From assembly GCA_000182565.2 (NCBI GenBank), contig KQ257460.1: 64,000 nucleotides of DNA; one strand, 5' to 3'. The notes beneath the pieces are model-generated. The model was not told the origin of the DNA, did not search any database, and worked only from the letters and a program-made list of their open reading frames with translations. Below are positions 54,448 through 64,000 of the stretch, piece after piece (positions within the stretch are counted from its first letter, which is position 1; each line of letters starts with the position of its first letter). The DNA comes from Spizellomyces punctatus DAOM BR117 (taxonomy: Eukaryota). A program made the translations under genes and the position numbers.

Positions 54448-55103
54448 CGGAACGGTAGCCATTTCTCTCTAGCGCTCGACAAGTGTTTATAAGAAGTTTC
54501 CAAAGTACGTTACTTGCAAAGGATCGGGCTGAAAGGACAAGTCAGTGGTCAGAGGAAGTAGTGACACGTATGTGCTAGTGAAGCTTCACGCAACAAGACA
54601 AGTGTACGTAACCAATGCCACAAACGCCACAAACGCCAAACCAAGCCCCACATTTTTCATAGCATGGTAATCGACACCTTGTAACGGCAATAACAGATAT
54701 CACACACACTACACCAGCTTGGATTGACCACCTGCGCTAGCGACGATAGGCTAACTAGTACTGAGCCTAATTACACAGCATAATGATTGGTCAACCAGGT
54801 ATATTAGGATCCAGTATCTTGAGAGAAATCCTCGGCAGCCCTGTTCCAAAACTTTTGGTTAATTGCGGGATATATAGTAAACCGGAGTTAGGCTGGGTAA
54901 CAAGCATGAGGCAATTCCACACAAACGCGCACCTGTCATTATAGTAGTATAGTGGTATCTGTTTTCATTGTTTATCTTCGTTATATGTAATTAAATGAAT
55001 TGGCGGAAGGCTACAGGTACTGACATTTGTATGTTCCCATACACTATGTTTTATTGACCAATAGCTCAATGGCCTCAGAGTAAGCCTAGGATTTATCTAA
55101 AAC

Positions 55104-56082
55104 TTATCTTCTTGCTACATCTGATCGGGTAGCCGGTTCTGCCCTACTTCTTCGAGGTGACGGTCTTCGACTACCACTGCGCCTATATACAGGTGACCGT
55201 CTTACCGGTCTGCGTGGTCCGTCCCGACCCGAGCTTGAGCGGACAGGTGGTGGGGAAGATCTTCTCCTTTGGACAATGTTGTCTTTCCTGTAGCGATCCT
55301 TATTCGTTGTCATAGGTGTGCTAATCACACATGTGATTTGACAACCATCTATTGGGGCCCCGTTTAGATAATCTAAGGCCTCTTTCGCATCAGCCTGCTT
55401 GTGATAATAAACGTAAGCCCGGCCTCGGTGGACACCACCTAAATAGTTGCAATTGTTTACATGACAAGCAGACGTAGACAGGAAAGTGACTGTTATAGCA
55501 TACTCTTTTCATCGAGTGGGAGCTCTACTCGGTCAATTTTTCCGTAGGATGAAAATATCTCATGCACCTTCGTATTTGACACGAGTTAAAAAAGCATGAA
55601 AGGAATTACCGGATCTGAGGTTCGCTTACATGTTCTTTATTCACGTTCCTCGTCAGCCCGCCAACGATGACTCGAACAAGCGCCGGTGGCGAGCTTCCTC
55701 TTCTGCGTGAACGTGATCGGCTGCGAGATCGTGAGCGAGATGAAGAGTATCGAGAGGAATACGAGGAATAGCTGCGAGAGGACCGGGAACTTGATCGAGA
55801 ACCGGAGCGGGACGAATACGATGACGACCTGGGGAGAACACCGTTATACGATGGGGGACGGACACCATTAACGCGCAACCTTAGCTCTTCCATTACCTTG
55901 ACCGGGATGACCTCGACCTCGAGCGGCCTCGCGAGCGAGACCGTGATCGAGATCGAGAGTCACTGGCTGGTTTGGACACTGTTCGGTTTGTGGGCGATTT
56001 CCTGTATGTCCAGTACAACACAAAATACCATATGTTAACCGTATGCTCCATGAGGTGTAAGATTTGGATTCGTCTCTTACAT
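55104..56082 (-). CDS. RNPS1: RNPS1-like SR/RRM splicing factor, 5 exons
   Basis: RS/S-rich N-terminus; RRM VIVGGLTRNVNKEHVHEIFSSYG...HRGRAYVYY...A...LNG..IDG; R/S/P-rich tail. Confidence 0.85.
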
Positions 56083-56216
56083 CTTTGGACTGTATACGGA
56101 AGCCCGAATATCTGGTTGATGCGATCGGCTGGATGGTTGTGAGGTGGTCAAAGCGTTGGGTCTCACTGGCATATGCATTTCATGCACTCAATCCGGTGCG
56201 AATCAGTACGTAAGCG

Positions 56217-57105
56217 ATGCTGCCCGCATCTGCCGACGACGCAGTCCTGTCAAGGTTGGAGTTCCCCAACACCATCACCAAACAATTGGCCACGTTCTCC
56301 GCAATGCAGAAGAGTACCGTAATCAGAAATACTACGGCAGGAAGCTATGAACCGTACGATTCTTTGGTTGACGCCTGTGTCTCCCGTGTAAGGGACGCCA
56401 TGACAAGTAACCGAAACCCACTCGTCAATTCGGCTTCTGTTGGTCGTACAACAAAGCTGGAGCGGAACACCAAAAAGCATATTCCCGGAGGTCGCGCAGT
56501 CTTAGAGAGCGATGATGATGACGATGATAGCGACATTGTTGAAATGGAAAACGTGGAAGCTGGCGACGATGTACTGGGCTGGGAAAGCACCGTATGTTGA
56601 CGATATTTTTTGGTCCAAGGGAACTTACAGTAGTTGAATTGTCGCCGCTGCTAGGATTCTCCAGCGGCACCTGAAGAAGCTCTTGTCTCGTTCCGCACAG
56701 ATTTAGTTCCTTTCGAGACTCCTGCTGTACCTCTACCGGCGTTTCCAATAGCACCTACTCGCCCGGCACCGAAGGCACATACACATGCTTCCAATCTTGA
56801 CTCCCAATTTGAAATTGAATTGAACAAATCTGCTGTGCTCGTTGACCTTCAAGAGAAGTATATTCATCGACGCTTGGCGAGTGCCCATAGCAGTGGCGAC
56901 ACTGCCGCTTCGGCCACTCAAGATGCTCTGACCATTCTAATGGAGATGCTCCAAGAATGCGCCACTCAAATGCAGCAACAGAATGAGGAAGGTTCAGGTA
57001 TCTTAACCTGACCCTCCTTCCATGATACCCAATTGCTGGTATTCTGATATCTAATTTTGAGGTGACGATATCCTCCCCATCCCTAGCGCGGCGACTGCTT
57101 GGTGA
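56217..57105 (+). CDS. Hypothetical protein, 3 exons
   Basis: Exons 56217-56591, 56654-56997 and 57062-57105 join in frame through gtatgt..ctag and gtatct..tgag introns. Acidic patch; no family recognised. Confidence 0.55.
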
Positions 57106-58363
57106 TCAACCAAAAAAGAGGGACAAGCCGACCTCAATGGACTAACAACGGGTCCAGCGTCGTCAGGTTAAAAGTCATAGTATCAGCTGGTGGGGGTGCA
57201 CACTATTCTTCACCGATTGGGTATGCCGTGCCGTGTTTATGAAGATTTCTTTATTGATAGAAGCAATAAAGGGACATCATTATGAGATCTCGTTATACTT
57301 CATCCCATGCATTCCGGCAAAGCAGATAGGTAGAAGATCCCAGTGTGCACAGGAAACGGCACGCAAGACATAGACATTGGAAAGGCAGCTGAGAAGCAAA
57401 AAGTCAAACAGCCACTTGTGGGTGTATCAGAATAATCAAGACTCTACTGTGAATAGGCAGTCTTGTACAAAAATCAGCACTGTCCACTGAGTACTCCGTC
57501 AGCTGTGGTGTCCCGGGAACTCTGATTCATGGACGTCAACAGCTTCTTGTGGAAAAGCGGGAATTGCTTCCTGAAGCAGGACTCGGGGCGCATGCATTTG
57601 AACTCAGGCAATTTGCATTTTGTCAAGGGTCCGATGGGGCTGAAAAAATATCATTTACATAATTAAATTCCAATATATATAGGCAAACCACATGTCCCAT
57701 GCAGGATCATCCAGCCGAGATTTATAGTTTTGCACGATTTTCGACGCTTGCTCAGTTTGTCCTCCTGTGCTCTGCGGTCCTATGGTGTACAGGCCATCTA
57801 CAAGCTTAGAGCGTCCATCGGCCTTCCGCCATTGTTTTCTCAATTAAAGATCGGTTGATCCCATCTTTCCTGGCTCTGGCATTGAAACATGAAGATCCCA
57901 CCACCGCCAACAAAGACAGTATAATACCTTGCCTTGTATGTGGCTTTTCATACTGGAGAGAACCTATTTCATCCCATCCTCGTCACTAGCTTTCCAATGA
58001 TTACGCACTCGTAAGTGCTCCCCGGTTCAAGTACAATACGTACGGAACTGGCAAGGGCGCGTTTGCCTTCCACATAGTGGTGCGGGAAACTCACTCGGGG
58101 TTTTACTTCCCCCATTTCCTGTATCAGGGCTAGCTTACTGGGAAGCGCTCTGTGACTTACCGCAGTGTATGTGGGGAAGTTTGGGCTGACTTTCACCGAA
58201 AATGGCACTCTTAAATTTATCATTATTGCGAGCTACTAAAAAAAGCTACTGATCAGAATTATTTCTGCTTTTAACCACTACTAGCATATCGTTGGCGCCA
58301 GAAATAGTGCTTTTAAAACCCATAAGAGATAGTACCCCGTCTATCCTTTCTCCACAGAGACTT

Positions 58364-59946
58364 ATGGAGCTTCCCGTAGAGATTATTCGTCTCATTGCCT
58401 TGCAAAGCTCTCCAGATGTCGCAGCACGAAGCAGAAGATGCTGTCGAATCCTGTGGGAGGTGGTCAGCACATTAGATTTATTTAAGCTTAAACTAGCATA
58501 CCTCTGCCGCAATCCGAAGAAAGCGCTGTCCCAGGCGGTACGAACCTCATGGCCAGGGTTCGGCAAAGTAGTGCCGGAAGATGAGGGGTTTGGAAAGATT
58601 TTGAGAGTGAACTACTGCGACCCTATGAGGACACACCATGCCGACACTCATCGTGACTGGGTGACCGAAGCCGTGCAGATTTTGGTTCGTCGCGGATTTG
58701 TCGACAACGGGTTTGGTGCCCTCAGAGCTGCCGCAGCGAGAGGTGACCTTAAACTCGTCCGTTTTCTGATGCAGGCCGCACATCCTGTGGTTACAACAGA
58801 CGTCCCAGTTCCGATCACCCTGACTCATCAGATGCGAATCCGCTGCATGTCACAAGTGTCCCGAGAATTCGACCCACTCGTTGTGGCTGCTGCCAATGGG
58901 AATGTTTCGGTGGTAGAAGAGATCCTCAAGTTTCAACCGTTAATGAGAAAAGCGGCCGAGGAGGCACTGCGAGCAGCCGTCGCCCAAGGTCATGTGAACG
59001 TTGTCCGCATTTTAATAATGGCTGGCGCAGAAACACACCTAGATCAATTGCACATGAGGAGCAGGACGCCGTGGGAAGACGACCACACCATCCTTCAGCT
59101 TGCTGCCTCGCTTGGGCATCTGAGAATAATCAGGGAGCTAGTCGCTACAGGATCGAATCCGAATGATCGTACGGCTCTTCGAGAAGCAGTAGAGGCTGGC
59201 CATAGAGTCGTTGTTTCAGAATTGCTGGGCTACGGGCTCAAAGCTACACTAGAGATTCTTAAAATAGCCGTACGCTTTGGACATGTTGAGATTACGGAGG
59301 ATCTACTGCGAGCTCGCGGCAACCGCCATGGTGATCTGGACGCAGCATTGCGGATTGCTGCCAGATATGGACAATTTGATGTGGTTCAATCTCTTATCGA
59401 GCGAGGTGCCTGCGTAAATTTATGCGGAAGAAACAGTAAGAGACAGGGGAGTCCTCTGCGGGAAGCAGCAATTGCTGGAAGAGCTGACGTACGTTGCACA
59501 CTTCATATTTATTGTCGAGTTGATGTCTCACTGTAAATCAATTATAGATTGTGAAGGCTCTCATCAAGGCAGGTGCCCAAGTAGACGCTCAAAATAATGT
59601 AGCTTTACGGCTCGCAGCAGCAAAAGGGCACCACGAAACTGTGCAGATACTTTTGGACACTGGGAAAGCAGATGTTCATGCTGGTGCCGAGTATGCACTC
59701 TCACATGCAATTGGGCAAGGACACACTGAAGTTGTGTCGATTCTCTTACAGCACAATGCTGATCCCTCTGCTCGTGGCGGTAAAATCATTCAGACCGCGA
59801 AAGAATTGCGAGATCCATATCGCATCAGTCAGCTTTTGCATATGTGTGTATCAACAAACAGCTGTAACAACCTACTGGCGGCGCCCTTGATATTGGCTCT
59901 ACTGATGATCTCTTATGAGAAACGTTATCAATGGGCAGGCTGGTGA
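58364..59946 (+). CDS. F-box-like + ankyrin-repeat protein
   Basis: LMELPVEIIRLIA...CRILW (F-box-like) followed by many AL..AA..GH..VV..LL..GA repeats; intron ~59489-59547. Both ends are uncertain; an alternative last exon could end at 59968. Confidence 0.8.
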
Positions 59947-60256
59947 TACGTCTATACCACTAAAATAGAATTTTCGGATGGTGCTATTGGATTCCGTGAC
60001 GTTGATATTTGACATGAGACTTGTCTATGGTGAGAGAGAACTTTAATATTATTTGGGCTCGTTTGAATCCGAAGAATTTCGCTGCTGTTGGCCATACGGT
60101 TGTTTTTGTTCATGGCCAGCGTAAGGCCTGAAGCTAGACAGGTTGTGATCGCGCCTCGTAAGCAGCAAGCCACTTGATTTCGTAAGCGGGCATCGGAAGC
60201 ATTGAATAGTTTTCGATTAGCGGATATCATTATCTTACCAATTCTCATATTTTACC

Positions 60257-61139
60257 ATGACTTCTCGTCCTTCTCTTCCTCTCACCTTATTTTCTGCATC
60301 CAAGTTTGCTGGGACGAGGGCTTTCCAGAATAAAGGCGGTAGGCACGCCGGCGTTTGTAGACTACTGCATATTTCTTTGCTAATTGCCAGCATGGTATCC
60401 AGTCGTGGAAGTCATGGTAAAGAAGAGAGATTTCAGCCCGAACAAAAAGCCTAACTAGTCACGCTCAGGTTTTACACAGCTGTGACAAGTGTGCATTCGT
60501 GAAAAACAAGTATTTGCTGGCCTCCGAACTCGCCATGGTTGCGGCGAACCACTTATTTCCCTCTGTCCAAGCGTCTCGCAAATTCAAAACAATCGACGTT
60601 GCGGTGGAGAATCGAGACAATGTGGAGATCAGAACAATAAGAGATTTCAGTAGTTTGGGTAAGTTTTATCAATCTTTTTGGCGAGCTACTCAGGATTTTA
60701 CGCATAAACTGCTCTGTGCAGACCCTGCTGTTAGCGACGTGGAGAGAACGATGATGCATCAGTTTTCCGTATTTATGCACTTATTGTGGAAGTACAATCT
60801 TATATCAGGTAACACCTATATTGCGTAAACACTATGATTGTGAAAGCTTACCTGGACACTCTAAACACTTTAGAACTAAATAATGTACTTGAAGGACCAA
60901 AACTGTCCGAAGAGAAGCAGGGTCCAGGTGACTGGAAGCGACTTTCCTTCGCCCATATAAGAGCAGCCCTTGTCAAAGTGTTCTCTCACGCAAAGCAACC
61001 GTTGCAGCTGAATCATCGTGCCCCCTTTAAGAGACCATTTTCGATGCAAGATTTGTCTGGGCTTTCATCTCACACCCGAGCCATAAAGGCACCTAGGGCA
61101 AATTCCAGCAATAGTATAGTACCTGGTACTCACAAGTAG
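60257..61139 (+). CDS. Hypothetical protein, 4 exons
   Basis: Exons 60257-60338, 60391-60416, 60469-60808 and 60874-61139 are phase-consistent, with GT-AG introns carrying ctaay-like branch sites. Confidence 0.55.
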
Positions 61140-61606
61140 TTTAGGTAGTCTCTCTCTCCTTACCATTTAACGGTGCGCGACGATTATTGGTGGTCCTTAG
61201 TCGGGGTTTGTAGAAGTGTTGCCCACATACTAGTCGCAAGGACAAGTACACTATTAGAAGCATTCTGTCTCTCTCTGTACAAATGTACTTCTAACACTAT
61301 TCAATAGAGGGGCAACGTTGTTATTGAGAGGCCGGACATGCACTTGAAACCTTAAAATTCTGGATTGACGTTCTGTTTCGCCCGGTCAATCATTATAGGA
61401 CCTCTATTCCGGCGTTGATCTCAAAACACTTCTACCCAAAGCAATCGGATCTGAATGTATTGTGTCTTCTATCCTGACAGTTACATATGTCGTCCAAGTG
61501 ATTTTTTTTTGGGTACAGTTATATAGATACAGAGGGCAGGAAATTTTATGGAACCACGAGGTATATTATACAGGTCAACGATTTCGGGCAGGTCCATGTG
61601 TCCATT

Positions 61607-63231
61607 TCAGCTATACTCGGTAAAGCTAGCATGACCGGTTTCCAGAGCATGCGCTTGGGCTTCCTTTTGACCCTTCAAACCCTGTTGCATGACTAATGAA
61701 TATCCGCAGACCTTGAAGAGGTTTGTCTGTGTACCAACCCTCACCTTTTTGCATATTCCGCATTTTAAGGTGAAGTTGGCCAGATCCGTGAACTTGCGTT
61801 TCTGGAATGGACGCTTGTCCTTGAGAATATTGAATTATACACCAGTGTCCAGCGCTTGATTACCTCATTCCAAATACGCGCCAATTCAACTCCAGCTGTC
61901 AATATTTTTTCTACATTGCCACCTTCAAATGCGGTCTGGTCAAAATCTTCAGAGACGTCTTTTCCAGGTGAAAGCGCGACTGCATCGTAGTGGATGCCAC
62001 TTCATCGACGTCCGTCAAGTCAGACTATAGCTCCGTGCATCTATACATAAGGAGACCCACCTGAATAATATAAGGACACGACGAGTGTATTTTCCTTCAC
62101 CTATTGATGTTCATCCGTTCCACGTATAGATTAAGTTGAGGCGGACATCATATCGTAGCACTTCTACATACCAAATCGATCTATACGGAGCGTTGCTACA
62201 TCGATTGAGTCTATTTCTAGAGTTTACGGTGGGGTGTCGATCAGTTTGCTCAAATGGGAACATCAGATGCGGAGACAGCTCACCTACTTGGAAGTGATCA
62301 GAAAATATCGCCAGTTCGATGGCCCCGCCCCAACTATTGGGTTGCAAAATCCATTCTCGATATGCTAGTGGATTACGCCCAAGTATGGCTTCGTTGTAGT
62401 TTATGGGGTCGTTGACTATTGTATCAGCTACGACTGATAATGAAAATTGAGAGGTTTGCCCCAGCAGACGCATGTGGACATCTCAAAAAATATACTTTTT
62501 CGGAGTTTGTTTGCGGCTTCTGGAGATCGCTCTAAAACATATCTGGATCCAGTAAGATCGTCAGTTCTGGTCTTCGAAGATTCGAATAGTGTGAGGAAAT
62601 ACTCACCCTATCGATCTGAACAGGCAACTGTTATCGTCCTTCATCTCCTGCAACAAGAATTCGCGAGATTTCGTCACATTTTTCGCAAGAATGATCTGGA
62701 CGTGGAAAAATCATAAAGCTCTCCGAACTCACTCGAACGACCAAAAAGCCATCTTCGAGAGGTACTCCCTCTCCGTTGGGCAACGTGCGCAGCCCTGGGG
62801 TACCAGTGCCCGCATCGCTGCCAGTTTTCCGGTCACTTGTCACACCAGCAACTGGCTGCTCTGAGACAGCAGCCTGCTCCACCGTTAACTGCTCTCCATC
62901 CCGAATTTCACAAGACTCGAGGGTGGCACTATCAGGTGTGGTGAAGGGGAGTGGTCTGGGAGGGAAGCCAAAGCGTACTATCGACAGAAAACACCCTGCT
63001 TTAGCTGGCATTCCCCTTTTCCAGCAGTAGCACCACAACTTACGCTGTTGAACTGCAGCTGGGATGCCACTGACCTTCTCAATCTCACGTTTCAGTTCAA
63101 GGAGGGTTGACTGAGATCCCAAAGCACCTCCGACCACTTGCTGACCCTTGGGAGTCCGGCACCTGAGACGCTGCAATATCAATTGTTGTGAGGATATATA
63201 GCTGTGAATCTGAACCTCAACGATTTACCAT
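61607..63231 (-). CDS. OTU1: OTU1/YOD1 deubiquitinase (UBL-OTU-C2H2), multi-exon
   Basis: M|RLRCR, GFPPRPL, DDNSCLF, SWGGAIEL, SGIHYD, FTDLANFTLKCGIC..GLKGQKEAQAHA..TGH. Confidence 0.93.
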
Positions 63232-63367
63232 GATGTGATGAACTATTCACGCAACTCGCGAAAACCAAGTATCCTCACGTAATTTGTCCAAAAACGGACT
63301 GTCACCCTGCAGCAAACATTCCGTCGCACAACGCGACTCGAGAAGCTTTCGAGATACTGTCCGCAGA

Positions 63368-64000
63368 ATGGCAGACTACGAAGATTATTCAGACGACGAT
63401 GACTATGCAGCTACCCAGGAAGCAGCCGCGCAAGCTGCTCTCAAAGCTCCTGTCACATATCAACTCCCATACGGTGTCTTGAGTGGTAAGCCGGCAAGGA
63501 GCTTCTGCTGCCTTTTCGACAAAGACTTCTATGTTTGCGTCTCTGATCTTCACTGGACATGTAGATTATATAAAGAAAGAGATTATCGACTTGAATGCTG
63601 CTTACCAGGTATTATTTTCAGTCTCTTGTGCTACTGCGTCTGAATCATGTTCCTGATCCATGTCAATGCAGAGAGATGTGGTATGGAATGGTAAAGTCTC
63701 CTGTAAGGTTTCCCATTATCCAGAGTGCAAGCTCACCAGAATCGTGCAGCGGCGAAACAGGGTCATCTTATTGATTGTACGTTGTCGCTTTTGAGACTTC
63801 GTTGTCGCCGTTAGTCGTAACATTCCTTTTACTAGCCCTCGTAAAGAACTACTATGTTCCTCCGGTTATCTTTTCCATAAGGTATCACCCGTTTCCTCTC
63901 CTTTCCAATCCTGGTACATGTCATTCAGCGATTGGATAGATATGATACTCGTCCTTCTCACCGCAATCAAGAAATTCGGGTGGCCATTGACGGCAAGCAG
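63368..64000 (+). CDS. DUF262 / GmrSD N-terminal (ParB/Srx-like) domain protein, 5' part, at least 6 exons, truncated by the window
   Basis: Exons 63368-63485, 63565-63608, 63672-63690, 63750-63776, 63836-63881, 63940-64000. Spliced product includes IDLNAAYQRDVVWNAAKQGHLIDSLVKNYYVPPVIF...RVAIDGKQ. Confidence 0.85.

Noticed and set aside
57200..58290. Short ORFs and exon-like pieces upstream of the ankyrin gene
   Set aside because: Could be 5' UTR exons or uORFs, but I found no in-phase join to ATG 58364.

Overview
Gene-dense eukaryotic genomic DNA with many short (~50-70 nt) GT-AG introns. Gene content (WOPR factor, myosin-motor chitin synthase, hybrid GAF histidine kinase, tandem-cNMP protein, Mit1/CHD remodeler) marks it as fungal, most plausibly an early-diverging zoosporic (chytrid-like) fungus; this is inference, not a database result. 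I reconstructed about 27 protein-coding genes by manual splicing, plus one tRNA-Ser(AGA). Several genes are invisible or fragmented in the ORF track. Highlights: (1) a six-exon DUF262/GmrSD-N (ParB/Srx-fold) gene running off the right edge; (2) two SNM1-family nucleases, the second resembling the N-terminal nuclease of plant DNA ligase 6 but ending in UBZ + PIP box instead of a ligase; (3) a histidine kinase whose H-box is tandemly triplicated, causing a frameshift and stop; (4) a secreted subtilase fused to a C-type-lectin-like domain, with the catalytic Asp replaced by Gly; (5) a 72-aa two-His membrane micro-protein, a head-to-head pair of intronless J-domain genes and a bacterial-like YycE VOC gene clustered near the tRNA. 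I recognised no transposon, CRISPR array or rRNA. All family assignments come from motif recognition, not from searches.
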